NCBI GenBank assembly: GCA_013265495.1
Contig: MU057552.1
Coordinates: forward strand, 32,852 to 76,650
Direction: 5' to 3'
Origin: Vicugna vicugna
Taxonomy: Eukaryota
DNA length: 43,799 nucleotides
Numbering within the stretch: the stretch's first letter is position 1; each line of letters starts with the position of its first letter. A model generated the notes under the pieces. That model was not told the DNA's origin. It saw only the letters and a program-made list of their open reading frames with translations, and searched no databases. Shown piece after piece: positions 1 to 12,789 of the stretch. Made by a program: the position numbers and the translations under genes.

Positions 1-2444
1 AAACAAACAAAAATAATTGATCATGCAGAGAAACTGTGAAACCAATTATATTTATGCTTTAAGTCCAGGATTACCTCCCTGCCTAGTTCATTGGAATTCA
101 AACCTAGGAATTTGCCCATGTGGTCCCACACCATCTCCACTTTCTGCTTCTGCTATTCATTCTTGTGGAATTTTCTGTATGACATCTGCCTTCAGCCTGT
201 CTTTGTCTTCTGGTTTCTGCTCATGTCCCTTCATCCCAGTTCTTAGTGACTTGTCAGATGTCACTGAGATCACAGCCATGAAGTTCCTTATACCATGCCT
301 GGTGCAGGGTAGGTGCTCAGTGAGGATTTTCCTTCTTCAAGTAGCTCAGATTTGTTATTATGCTTCCCGTGGAAGTGAGAAAAAGTCTTTTATTAAATTA
401 GGAAATAACAGCAACCTGTGTTGTTTCTTGGTCAAAGATGTCAGCCTGAGGCAGAATTCCAAGTTGGATGCTTGGAGAGTCAGTGGGAGCACCACAAGAC
501 CCTCCCCCTCCTTGTCTCTCTTGAAGGACTCACTTGCTCATTGTCCTTTATGGGCTTAAGGAGCAAGTCTGAACTCACAGCTCCTTGTTCACATCAGAGG
601 CTGCCATCCAACCACTGTTGCCCTGACTCCATCCTCTCCTCCAGCAGCACCAGCTCAACTCCAGAGTAGAAGCTGAGAGCAGTGTCTGTAGATCAGAGTC
701 CAGACAGCTAGCTCTTCCTGCATAAAGTGGGCTGCCCCTGCACTGAGCTGTGTTGAATGGCAGCAAACATCCACTTGTTAGCAGGTAGGGCTTCCCCCTT
801 CCCCACTCTCAGCCTTTGAGTCTCTTCCCCCTCTCCCCTTCTTCCCCTCCATCCTTCTCTAACACACCCTTGAATGGATGATGCTGACTTGCAGCTGTTA
901 ACTTAGTTCTTTTTTATAAACCCAGTAGTTTATTTCAAAGTAGAAATTTTAGGCTTACTGGACAAAATCCCACTACAATTGACACTTATAGAGACACTAG
1001 ACTACTGTACATTTAAAAAAAGAAAAAATCAAGAAGGGCCAAGGTGGTGGATTAGAATGACACTCTTAGCTCACCCTCTCCCACAAATGCATCAAGACTG
1101 ACATCCACTGACCCACTTATCCAATCAGAAAGTCTGCTGAACTTTGACAGAAACTCACCTTCATTAAAAGACAAAACACGCAATTAATCTGGTAGGAGAA
1201 ACGGAAAATAAAAGGAAGAAAAAGGGAAATAATGCAGCCCAGTCCCATGGGGAGGGAGCAGCAAAGGTGGTGTAGTGCTCATTTGCTGGGTCTCTCCCAC
1301 TCCAATGAAGAGGTCAGCTGGATGGATGGGGAACCTCTAAGGCTTGAAATCATATAGAATAGCCCTTGACTGACAGAACAAAGTTAAATGGGCAAAAAGG
1401 GTCCTCATGATCCCCAGGCTTAGACACAAACCAGCAGGTGTGGGATGAAACAGACTGCCTGAGCCTGACGGAGGACTCGGGCCAACTGTACAGAGGCAAC
1501 CTCAGGAGATTTCAATGTGCTGTGTGCCATTGCTGGAAAGATATACAGAGCAGAACAACATGAGTCCCACATAAAATATGAAATAAAAGGCAAAGCAACA
1601 CTGCTGGTGTGCCCTGGGGGGAGGAGTGCCATAGCTTTTTTCTTTGAAGACTTCTGGCATCATTTCTGGTGCCTTTTCTGGAGAAGAGAGGTGGTACTCA
1701 AACACACCCACCATATACTCTAATGTGCACCCAGGTGGAGGCGGGGTTGAAATTTCTATCCTTACCTAGGGGCTCTGCAACCTCATAGGTGGGACTCAGA
1801 TTTGTTTACAGCCCCAGGCAAATAGGAAAGTTCTGCTGCAGTACCTCTGTGAACTCATGCTTCTAAGACAAATGAACAAGGAGCAGATTTCTGGCACAGA
1901 GCAGGGGTGATGGCTGGTATGGCCATTTTATCCAAATCCACCTAAATAGCACAGAACTGAAGTGAAGTTGGGAGGGGCACTGACAGGCAGAGCAACCCAA
2001 CCACCTACCATGCACAAGTGCACCACCACAATGCAGCATTTGGAGGAGACATGACACATGGCACTAGGAGAAGAACAGATCAGGGGCACAACAGGAGGGC
2101 CTCTGGAACCAGTGGGTGGAGTTCATGCAGCAGGGTGAGAACAGGAGCAGCGACAAACACAAAATAAAAAGGAGATCTCATTTAATAGCCACAGAAGACT
2201 CTTGCTACCAGATCACAGGCCAAATCCCCAACAAAAATGATAACGGGCAAAATACAGGAAGACATAGTAACCACCCATACTTCAGACAGAGCTATCAATA
2301 AAATTAAGAGCACATAGTGCCAACAAGAACACATCCACATTTTTTGACTTTTTTCTTTTACTGTTTAAATTTTTACTTTTAAAAGGTTTTTATGTTTCTA
2401 TCTTAAACCCCTTTTAAAATTGGACTTTAAAATATTTTAAATTG

Positions 2445-2720
2445 TTTTTAATTTGTCTCAATTTCATTTTTATTTCTCTTTGCTTTATTCTTCTATTATC
2501 GATTAGACTCTGTTCCCAAATTTTTTTCTTCTTTTAAGCTTTTAAAATTTCTCATAATTTGCTTTTTATCTTTGTTTTGTTCTTTTATTTATTATAATCA
2601 GTTTTAAGATATTATTTTCTAATTTTAAGACTTAAAATTTGTCTCAATTTTTATTTCTCTTTGACTTGTTCTTCTGTTATTGTTCATAATCTGTTTTCAA
2701 ATCTTATTCTCTTCTTTTAA
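2445..2720 (+). repeat. Three degenerate ~92-bp T-rich tandem units in the L1 5'UTR
   Basis: Units of the form aatttgtctcaatt...tctctttg...ttcttct...cttttaa start at ~2450, ~2543 and ~2634. Confidence 0.65.
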
Positions 2721-2841
2721 ATTTATTTTTTTAGCTTTATTTCTGCATCTGTTTTAGGTAAATAAGTAAAAAGAAAACCTTTAGAAACAGAAAAGTTAAC
2801 TGATGCTGCATAATCAATAGTGCAGGAGAGATATAATTAAA

Positions 2842-3764
2842 ATAAAGAAGTAGAGGGACAACTCCCATTTAAAAGAACAGGTAAAATCCCCTGAAAGAAT
2901 GATCAATGAAATAGACCTTGATAATCTATTAAATCATGATTTCAAAAAAGAAGAGATAAAAGTACTGAAGACACAAAAAGAGATTGTGTATAGAGGCAAA
3001 GAATACGTCAATAGGAAATTGAAACTTTATAAAGAGGAGTGAATTAAAATAGGAAAACACATTTGCTGAGATAAGACCTGAGTTAAAAGTTGAAAAAAAA
3101 TGTAGGCTACTTAATGCAGAGGAATTAATAAGTGGTTTAGAATACAGGACAACAGAAATCAACTAATCAGAACAGAAGAGAGGAAAACAAACAAAAACCA
3201 ATGAAAGAACAAAATTCAATGAAAACAATTATCCTATGGGATAATATAAAGCTTGCCAAAACCTATGCATAACAGGGGTCTCAGAAGGAGAAGAAAAAGC
3301 AAAAGGGTTTGAAAAGGTATTTGAAGAAATCGTAGTTAAGAACTCCTGAAAGATAAAGAAGCAATCAGATATACCAATACAGGAAGTACAAAGGGACCCA
3401 AACAAGAAGAAACCAAACAGACACACTAAGATATATTATAATCAGCATGGCCAGGGTTAAAGATAAAGAAATGATTCTAAAGGCATAAAGAGAAAAACAG
3501 AGTTAGTTACAAAGGAAACCTCATAAGGCTTTCAGCTGATTTCTCTAAACAAACACTACAAGCCAGAAGGGAGTGGCAAGATATATTCAAAGTCCTGAAT
3601 GAAAAACAAACAAACAAAAAAGATTCAGACTAGGATAATTAATCCAGCAAGTCTATTTTTTAGAATAGAAGGAGAAATAAATATCTTCACAGACAAGCAA
3701 AAATAAAAAAAAATTTAGCAACACTAAATCTATACTAAAAGAAATATTGAATGGTATACTCTAA
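2842..3764 (+). pseudogene. L1 ORF1p remnant
   Basis: Decayed start (ata aag aag tag agg ... gaa cag gta aaa tcc cct gaa) and an A-rich L1 ORF1-like tract including ctcataaggctttcagctgatttctc (IRLSADFS). Ends at ctctaa ~3764. Multiple stops. Confidence 0.8.
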
Positions 3765-4171
3765 ATTGAAAAGAAGCAGGTTGCTTTTGAAAGGAGAAAA
3801 CCATAATTGGAAAAGTGATAACTACCATGAATTACAACAGAATAAACATAGAATTGTAAAAGAAGACATCTAAATCATTAAGAGTGGGAGAGGGGAGCAA
3901 GAAAATATAGAGTTTTCTTCATTCTTTAATTTTTTCATTCTCGGTAGGATGGGTTTGAGTTTATATTACTATATGTTTCAAACAAACAGATACAGTAATG
4001 GGTTATTATATGTACAAAGTTGGGTAACCATAAGACAAAAACTTACAAGAGAGTCACAAAAACTAAAAATTAATCAAGATAATAGAAAGGAAAACTTAAA
4101 AAAAAAACACAACAAGAAAAAGAAAGGAACAAGGAAAAAAATGCCAAATCAACTGCAAAATTAAGTTCAAA

Positions 4172-7100
4172 ATGGCAATAAACCAAAGTTTATCAGAAAT
4201 TACTTTAAATTTCAATAGGCTAAATGCTCTAATGAAAAGACATAGAGTGACAGACTGGATAATAAACCAAGAACCTACAATATGCCACATAAAAGAGACC
4301 CACCTTTGGGAAAAGGACACAAATAGACTGTGAGTGAGAAAATTGAACAAGATATTACACACAAACAGAAATGAAAAGAAAGCAGGAGTAGCAATACTGA
4401 TTTCACACAACGTGAACTTTAAAACAAAGACCATAAAGAAAGATGAAGAACGTTTCATGATTTAAGGAGCAATACAAGATGAAGATATTATGTCCATTAA
4501 CATAACTACAACCAATGTAGGAGCAACTAAATACATAAAGCAAATACTAACAGATATAAAAGGAGAAATTGCTGGGAATAAAATAATGGTAAGAAATTAA
4601 AACTTCTTATTATCCTCACTGGAAGATCTTCCAGATGCAAATTTAATAACACAACAGAAATTAAATGATAACAATATTCAAATTAGACATGGTTGATATT
4701 TCAGAACATTACATCCTAAAAAAATACAATATACATTCTTCATAAGTGCACATGGAACATTTTCTAGGATGGATCATGTACTTAGGCACAAAAGAAAACT
4801 CAACAATTTTAAGACAATAGCAATTATTTTAAGCATTTTTTTTCTGAATGCAATGAATGAAACTAGAACTCAACTACAGAAAAACAAAGGAGAAAGAAAT
4901 GATGACATGATAATTAAACAACATGATACTAAGAAACCAATGGGTCAATGATAAAATCAAAGAAGAAATTAAAAAATACTTTGAGACAAATGACAAAAAT
5001 CATAACCACACAAAATCTATGGGATGCAGTAAAAGCATTCCTAAGAAGAAATTTCATTGCAATAAAGGTCTTCCTCAAAAAAGATGTACAATCTGAAATA
5101 AACAACTAACCAACTAAAAGAATTAGAAAAAGAAGAGCAAACAAAACCTAAAGTCAGCAGAAGGCAGAAAACAATATATATCAGGGAGGAAATAAATAAA
5201 ATAGAGTTTTAAAATACAATAGAAAAAGTCAATCAAACAAAGAGCTGTGTTTTTTTTGAAAGAGTAAATTAAATTGACAAACCTCAGGCCTAGCTCACAA
5301 AGAGAAAAGACAGAGCACAATCAAAATAAGAAAGGAAAATGGAGAAATTACAACCAATACCACAGAAATTCAAAATATCATATGAGAATACTGTGAACAA
5401 CTTTATGGAAAATAAATGAACAACCTTGAAGAAACAGACAAGTTTCTGGAAATATACAGTCCACATGACTGAATCAAGAAGAAATTGACCACTAGAACAA
5501 ACCAATCACTAGAAATGAAATTGAATAAGCATAAAAAAAAAACAAACTCCCAATGAACAAATGTCTAGGACTGCATGGCTTCACTGGGGAATTCTATCAT
5601 ACATACAAAGAAGAACTCATACCCATATTTCTCAAAATCTTCCAGAAGATTGAAAAGGAGGGGGTACTCGTAAACTGATTCTATGAAGTCACCATCACCC
5701 TGATACCAAAACCAAAGACACTACCAAAAAAGAAACTCACAATCAATATCACTGAGGAAACATAGATACAAATATTCTCAACATAATATTAGCAAACAGA
5801 ATCCAACAGCACATAAAAAAGATCATACACCATGATCAAATCAGGTTCATCCCAGGAACACAAGGGTGGTTCAACATATGAAAATCAATCAATGTAATAC
5901 ACCCCAACAACAAGAGAAAGGACAAAAACCACATGATCATCTTAATAGATGCAGAAAAAGCATTTGATAAGATTCAATGCCCATTATGATAAAAATCCTC
6001 ACCAAAGTAGGTATAGAGGGGACATATCTCAACATAAAAAAAGCTGTTTATGACAAACCTACAGCCAGCATAGAACTCAATGGTGAAAAGCTGAAAACCT
6101 TCCTACTAAAATCTGGCAAAAGGCAAGGTTCTCCACTCTCACCATTTCTATTCAACATAATCTTGGAAGTCCAAGCCACTGCAATCAGGCAAGAAAAAGA
6201 AATACAAGAGATCCAAATTGGAAAAGAAGCTAAAAAACCATCACTATATGCAGATGACATGATACTATATATAGAATACCCTAAAAGGTCCACACAAAAA
6301 CTACACAAACTAATGAAAGAATTTGGCAAGGTACAAGGATACAAGATCACAAGATTAATGTACAAAAGGATACAAGATTAATGTACAAAAATCAGTTGCA
6401 TTTCTTTACATTAATGATGAATCAACAGGAAAAGGAAGTAAAGAAATAATCCCTTTTAAAATTACACCTAAAGTAATAAAATATCTAGGAGTAAATATAA
6501 CCAAGGAAGTGGAAGACTTATACATGGAGAACTACAAGGAAATTAAAGGAGACTTTAAAAAATGGAAAGATATCCCATGCTCCTGGATCAGAAGAATTAG
6601 TATTGTTAAAATGGCCACATTTCCCAAGACAATCTACAGATTTAATGCAATCCCTATTCAAATTACTAAGGACATATTTCACAGAACTGGAACAAATAAT
6701 TATAAAATTTATATGGAATCACAAAAGACCCAGAATTGCCAAAACATAACTGAAGGAAAAGAATGAGGCTGGAGGAAAAACCCTCCCAGACTTCAGACCA
6801 TACTACAGAGCTACATTATTCAAAACAGCATGGTAATGATACAAAACAGACATATGGATCAATGGAACAAATTAGCCCAGCAATGAACCCATAATCTTTT
6901 GGTCAATTAATCTTCAAAGGAGACAAGAACATACAATGGAAAAAAAAAGTCTCTTCAGCAAATGGTGTTGGGAAAACTGGACAGCAGCATGTAAATCAAT
7001 GAAGTTAAAATACTCCCTCTCACCATACACAAAAATAAACTCAAAATGGATTAAAGACTTAAACATAAGACAAGTCACAATAAACCTCTTAGAAGAAAAC

Positions 7101-7976
7101 TCAAGCAGAACATTATCTCACATACATCTCAGCAATGTTCCCCAGGGCAGTCTACCAAAGAAATAGATATAAAAGTAGAAGTAAACAAATGGGACCTAAT
7201 TAAACTTACCAGCTTTTGCACAACAAAGGAAACCATAGGCAAAACAAAATGGCAACCTATGGAATAGGAGAAAATGTGTGCAAAAGATGAAACTGACAAT
7301 GCTTAATCTCCAGAATATATAAACATCTCATATGACTTAATAAGAAAAAGACAAATAACCCGATCCAAAAATGGGCAAAACACCTAAACAAGCAATTCTC
7401 CCATGAAGACATACAAATGGCCAAAGGCACATGAGAAAATGCTCAATACCACTAATTACCAGAGAAATGCAAATTAAAACTACAATGAGGTTTCACCTCA
7501 CACCAGTCAGAATGACCATCATTCAAAAGTCTATAAATGACAAATGCCAGAAAGGGTGTTGTCCAAAAGGGACCCTCCTACACTGTTGGTGGGAATGTAG
7601 TTTGGTGTAGCCATTGTGGAAAACAGTATGGAGATTCCTCAAAAGACCAAAAGTAGACTTAACATATGACGCAGTGGTCCCACTCCTGGGCATATATACA
7701 GAAGAATCTTTAATTCAGAAATACACCTGCACCCTAATGTTCATATCAGCACTATTTACGATAGCCAAGACACAGAAGCAACCTAAATTTTTATTGACAG
7801 ATGACTGGATAAAGAAGTGGTGGTATATTTATACAATGGAATACTACTCGGCCATGAAAATTGAGAACATATTGCCATTTGTAGCCATGTGGATGTCCCT
7901 GGAGAATGTCATTCTAAGTGAATCAAGCCAGAAAGAGAAAGAAATATACCACATTTCACTTATATGTGGACTCTAA
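4172..7976 (+). pseudogene. L1 ORF2p remnant (endonuclease, reverse transcriptase, C-terminal domain)
   Basis: ATG at 4172 gives MAINQSLSEITLNFNRLNALMKRHRV (endonuclease N-terminus). ORF fragments contain [16 protein letters not shown] and LYADDMILY (RT), [19 protein letters not shown] and YIYTMEYYSAMK. Fragmented by frameshifts. Confidence 0.95.
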
Positions 7977-9474
7977 AAAATAAGACAAATGAAATTATAT
8001 GTAAAACAGAAACAGACTCACAGACATATAATACAAACTTGTGGTTGCCAGGGAATAGGGGATTTGGAAAGGACAAACTGGGAATTTGAGATTTGCAGAT
8101 ACTGAGTGACATATATAAAATAGATAAACAAGTTTTACTGTATAGCACAGGGAATTATATTCAATATCTTGTGGTAGCCAATTTTTTTAAAAGAATATGA
8201 AAATTAATATATGTATATTTATATATCACTGAAGAATTGTGCTCTTCACCAGAAATTGAGGCATTGTAAACTAACTATAACTTAATTTTAAAAAGTAAAA
8301 AAAAAAAAGTTGTTATTAAACTAGCAAAAATGCTCAGAGAACACATACAGATGAACCCACTGCCACTGTCAAAATGAAATCACAGTGGGTTAGGAAGAAA
8401 CTTGCACTGATTTCGAGAAAAACAGGCAATGAGCCCAAACCAAATTTAATATTTTCCACTCTTCGTTTTTCCCTTTGGGCTTCATTCTCATGGAAATCCG
8501 ACATGGAAGGGAAGTGTTAGGGACTTCAGGATAGCTGATGCTCACTCCATGTTCTCTGATCAGCCATCTTAGCTGCGACAGGGAAGCAAGTGTCTCACTC
8601 CAAGTGGAAGAACACAGCAACAAGGCAGTGGGGGACCTGAAATACATCCACAACAAAAAGAAACAGTTTCTCAAAACATTTTGGGATATATGTCTACCAA
8701 TCAGCATCATCAAAATATTCACTTGTATGTACTGCTTATGAAGCCATCACTATGGTCTCTGAGGGTACTAGAATTACAAGAGTTTACAAGATCTGACAAA
8801 TAGCAAAATGAGTTTTTCTTCTGTCTTTAAAATTTAAAGAAATTGAAAACTATTTTGGTGGGCTAGCTGCCTCTATTGAGAAAAATTTAAAGAAGCACAG
8901 CTACAAATATAAATATCAAACCAAGCTCGGTCTCTGTACTGATCACTGGTCCCTGGCAGACACAAGATGGAAATGTGTAGCTCAAGTTCTTGGCGTGAAT
9001 TACTTCCTATTAATTTGTCATTAACAGTAGATTCTGTCAAACTTAAATTTAATCATATTGATTTGTTTTCTAAAATAAAGACCTCTAACTTAAAAAATAA
9101 AAAATGGTAAAAATCATCAAAACCTAATAAAAATGGGCAACTTGCTATAGCCTTGTTTATATTAGACATTAGGAAGGTCTTCCATTGTCTTCTTATTTAC
9201 ACTTTCACGTGCAATAAAGAAAAATCAGGATGCAGTTTAATCTACTTCTTTTAAAAGATCTCTGAAGCCACCATAGCAAGATAGATAGGTTGATTCACAC
9301 ACTACCTTCTCCAAATTTCAGATAATTTTTACAAGTGTCATTTATTCCAAATTTGGAAACACCCTGAAGGAAGGTAGGGACGAACGGTGGTAGGAGACAC
9401 ACTGTAACTATAGGAAGGACCTTACCTCTTCCCTGAACGTGTAGAAGAGCAGAGTGAGTCGTGCTTCTGGGGAG

Positions 9475-9664
9475 NNNNNNNNNNNNNNNNNNNNNNNNNN
9501 NNNNNNNNNNNNNNNNNNNNNNNNNNNNNNNNNNNNNNNNNNNNNNNNNNNNNNNNNNNNNNNNNNNNNNNNNNNNNNNNNNNNNNNNNNNNNNNNNNNN
9601 NNNNNNNNNNNNNNNNNNNNNNNNNNNNNNNNNNNNNNNNNNNNNNNNNNNNNNNNNNNNNNNN
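9475..9664. other. Assembly gap (190 N)
   Basis: Run of N. Confidence 1.
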
Positions 9665-10189
9665 AGTTCACATGTAGACTACAAGAGACTGGGTGTGGAG
9701 AAGCCAAAATCAGGGTGAGGAAAAGTAGTGGGGTGTTTTTGTAGAAGGACACACTGAGGCTTGGTGATGTGTTAAAAGTGGGAGAGTACTCCTGGTTTTT
9801 TGTTTGGGAAGGCTAAAACCGACAGCAGTGGAATGAGAAGTGGATTCGAGGAAAGAAAGGACATGGTGATGAAGTGAAGACACTTTTCTGGGGAGGTGAA
9901 TAGACTGGAACAGAAGTAAAATGTCTCTTTCCTCCAAAGGGATCCTCAAAGGCACAGAGAGTTCAGAAGTCCCCCATTCTGCTCATGTTACCTGTTGCTT
10001 TCAGGGACTCCATGAGGGACAGGGAAACCACCTGCTTGATTATCACAGTAGAGAGCATCCTTGGTGAAGTGAAAAAACTTAAAAATTATATTTGAAATTA
10101 TATTTTCTGAAGGTATCCATTTAAGAGGTTGCCATTGGGATTCTTTTTTGAGAAGACTTGGACTTACAAATAAGTGCAAAGTATCCATT

Positions 10190-10655
10190 GAGATCTGCCC
10201 TGTCCAAAGAGGCAGCTGCTAGGGGGGAGGGTATAGCTATGTGATAGAACATGTGCTCAGCATGCACGAGGTCCTGGGTTCACTCCCCAGAGTTCACTCC
10301 CCCTCCATTAAATATAAATCAATAAAAACCTAATTACCCTCCCAAACAAACAAAACAAAAACCAAAAAACGCACAGAAAAACAAAGTGGCAGCCGCTAGC
10401 CAGCTGAAGTTGAGATACATGGTATGTGTAAAATAGACTCAGATTTTGAAGGTCTAGTATGAATAAAAGCATGTGAAATATCTCATGTTTTTTTCTGTAG
10501 ATTATATGCAGCAATGATAGTATTTTGGCTCTATTGGATTATATATAAATATATTGCTTAAATCAATTCCATCTTTTTTTTTATTTTTTAAAAAAAGTTG
10601 GGGAGGCTTCTGGAAAATTTAAAATTACATGAGTTGTTTGCATTATATTTGGTCA
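10190..10655 (+). mobile_element. MER33-like hAT-Charlie non-autonomous DNA transposon, interrupted by a SINE
   Basis: tctgccctgtccaa...gcagctgctag, then after the SINE ttgagatacatggtatgtgtaaaatagactcagattttgaaggtctagta...ctggaaaatttaaaattacatgagttgtttgcattatattt, matching the recalled MER33 consensus. Confidence 0.75.
10223..10381 (+). mobile_element. tRNA-derived SINE (Vic-1 type, camelid)
   Basis: ggggagggtatagct...gcatgcacgaggtcctgggttca (A/B-box-like) plus an aaacctaattacc tail. 18-bp TSD caaagaggcagctgctag (10205-10222) / caaagtggcagccgctag (10382-10399). Confidence 0.9.
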
Positions 10656-11072
10656 TCCCCTGAGTTGATTTACCAGAAACATACTTTTGCCAGTCCTGTT
10701 CATTTTATGAAGTTTTGTTTAATTATTAGAATTACGTTTTCATGCTGTAACCTTTACCAGCCTTCTGTTTGAAATCAAGCAGAAAGGAGCTGGCATTTTT
10801 GGTTTTCCTTTGTGAATTTGATGAGTGACAGCATTACTGTTTTGTGTTTCCTTTTCCAAAATTTAATTGTGTGCTGGTTAATTCCAGGATGGTGATGTCT
10901 GAGTGTTTTTTTTTCTCTTTCCCTTTTTAAAGGTAAAATTGCACCATCCTGGAAATAGTTATCTCAGAGTATTAGGAATTATTCTTTAAAACATTCACTT
11001 TTCAAAATTCCTTCACTGGGCCTGGCAGCTCACACCATGACTGTATTGCTCTTTAGAGCTGCATTTTCAAAA

Positions 11073-11275
11073 CATTTTATTGATGTATATTTGATTTACA
11101 ATGTTGTGTTAGTTTCAAGTGTACAGCAGGGTGATTCAGTATATATATATATTTTTCTTTTTCAGATTCTTTTCCACTGTAGGTTATTACAAGAAATTGA
11201 ATATAGTTCCTTGTGATATACAGTATGTCCTTGTGCTTATCTATTTTATATCTAATGGTGTGTATCTGTTAATAC
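11073..11275 (-). mobile_element. 5'-truncated L1 3'UTR fragment
   Basis: ttttattgatgtatatttgatttacaatgttgtgttagtttcaagtgtacagcag...ggttattacaagaaattgaatatagttcc is the reverse complement of an L1 3' end like that at 8140-8290. Confidence 0.85.
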
Positions 11276-11789
11276 AGCCTCTTTTTGGATGCAAACAACA
11301 TAGGTTGGGGCTCGGGGCCTTGAAAAACAAACACTTCTAAGGCCATCCGCCCAGGCTTTGGGGGCTTTCCGAGTTTGTCTGCCCCTCCAGGGGAAGGGAA
11401 TGGCTCCTGTCATGGGATATGATGGTGCTTGGGCATCAGGGCTCTTTCCTGTAGCCACGGCTGGGTGTCCTCAGTGAGCAGGGCAGAAAAATTAATGCCT
11501 ATGCTGAAGTGGACAGGGGGTTCTCTGGACAGTGTGTTCTCACAATATTATCTTTTTCTGAGTGGCAGGGGATAATTATTTGACAACTTCTGTGTTACGA
11601 CAAGAAATGAGTGTGGTAAAGTAGCCTTTCACATCTTACCTCTTAAAGCAGTCACTTTCCCTCCCTTTTTGTTACAAAAGAATTTATGTTGTTGGGGAAA
11701 CTACTCATTAGCTGGACTTACCATAGTCACAGCCTTATGCCACTTAACCATATTTTCTTCTTGTGCTTTCCAGAACATTATAAAGCTGA

Positions 11790-12789
11790 TAGAAAGAAAA
11801 CAAGCAGGAGGGAATGCTCATAAACTCATTCTATGAAGCCACCATCAGTCTGAAACCAAAAACAGGCAAAGACACCATGAAAAAAGAGAATTAAAGACCA
11901 ATATCACAGAAGAACATAGATGCAAAAAATCCTCAAGGAAATACTACCAAATAGAATGCAACAGCACATAGAAAAGATCATACATCATGATCAAGTGGGG
12001 TTCATCCCAGGGACACAAGTGTGGTTCAACACATGCAAATCAATGTAATACTTCACAACAACAAGAGAAAGGACTAAAACCACATGATAATCTCAGTAGA
12101 TGCAGAAAACACAATAAAATTCAATGGAGAACTATAAAACATTGATGAAGGGAATTAAAGAAGTTTCTAATAAATGGAAAGATACCCCATGCTCCTGGAT
12201 TGGAAGAATCAATATTGTTAAAATGGTCATACTGCCCAAAGCAATCTACAGATTTAATGTGATCTCTATCAGATTACACAGGACATTTTTTTTATAGAAT
12301 TTGAACAAATAATCTTAAATTTATATGGAATCACAAAAGGCCCAGAGTTGCCAAAGCAATATTGAAGAAAAAGAATGAAGCTGGAGGAATAACCCTCCGA
12401 GACTTCAGACAGCACTACAGAACTACAGTCATCAGAACAGAATGGTATTGACATAAACACAGGCATATGGATCAATGGAACAGACTAGGAAGCCCAGAAA
12501 TAAACCCACAGACCTACAGTCAATTAGTCTTTGACAAAGATAAGCAAGAAAATACAGTGAGTAAAGACAGTCTCTTCAGCAAATGGTGTTGGGAACACTG
12601 GACAGCAGCATGTAAATCAATGAAGTTAGAACAACTCCCACACACCATACCCAAATAAATTCAAAATGGCTTAAAGAATTAAATATAAGACAAGACACTG
12701 TAAATCTCCTAGAAGAAAACATAGGCAAAACATTTTCTGACATAAATTTTAGCAATGTTCCCGTAGGGCAGTCTACCCAAACAATAGAA
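11790..12789 (+). mobile_element. L1 ORF2 fragment, truncated at both ends, with internal deletion
   Basis: Colinear with ~5650-5978 and then ~6524-7168 of the full-length L1. [27 protein letters not shown]...[10 protein letters not shown]. No 3'UTR or polyA. Confidence 0.92.

Larger units (their letters stand above)
1035..8308 (+). mobile_element. Full-length, inactivated LINE-1 (5'UTR-ORF1-ORF2-3'UTR-polyA)
   Basis: 5' start gggccaaggtggtgga resembles a decayed L1 start (caagatggcgg). A long 5'UTR is followed by ORF1 and ORF2 remnants, a 3'UTR ending ccagaaattgaggcattgtaaactaactataacttaatttt, and an A-tail to ~8308. Many stops and frameshifts; no TSD found. Confidence 0.95.

Noticed and set aside
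17..559. 180-aa ORF
   Set aside because: No recognisable domain, Ser/Cys/Leu-rich random-like composition, and it overlaps an L2-like tail at ~285-330.
4172..7976. RT-containing ORFs as an active or novel reverse transcriptase system
   Set aside because: Ordinary L1 ORF2, broken by many stops and frameshifts.
9408..9752. ORFs crossing the N gap (also 42122-42425)
   Set aside because: Open only because N bases contain no stop codons.
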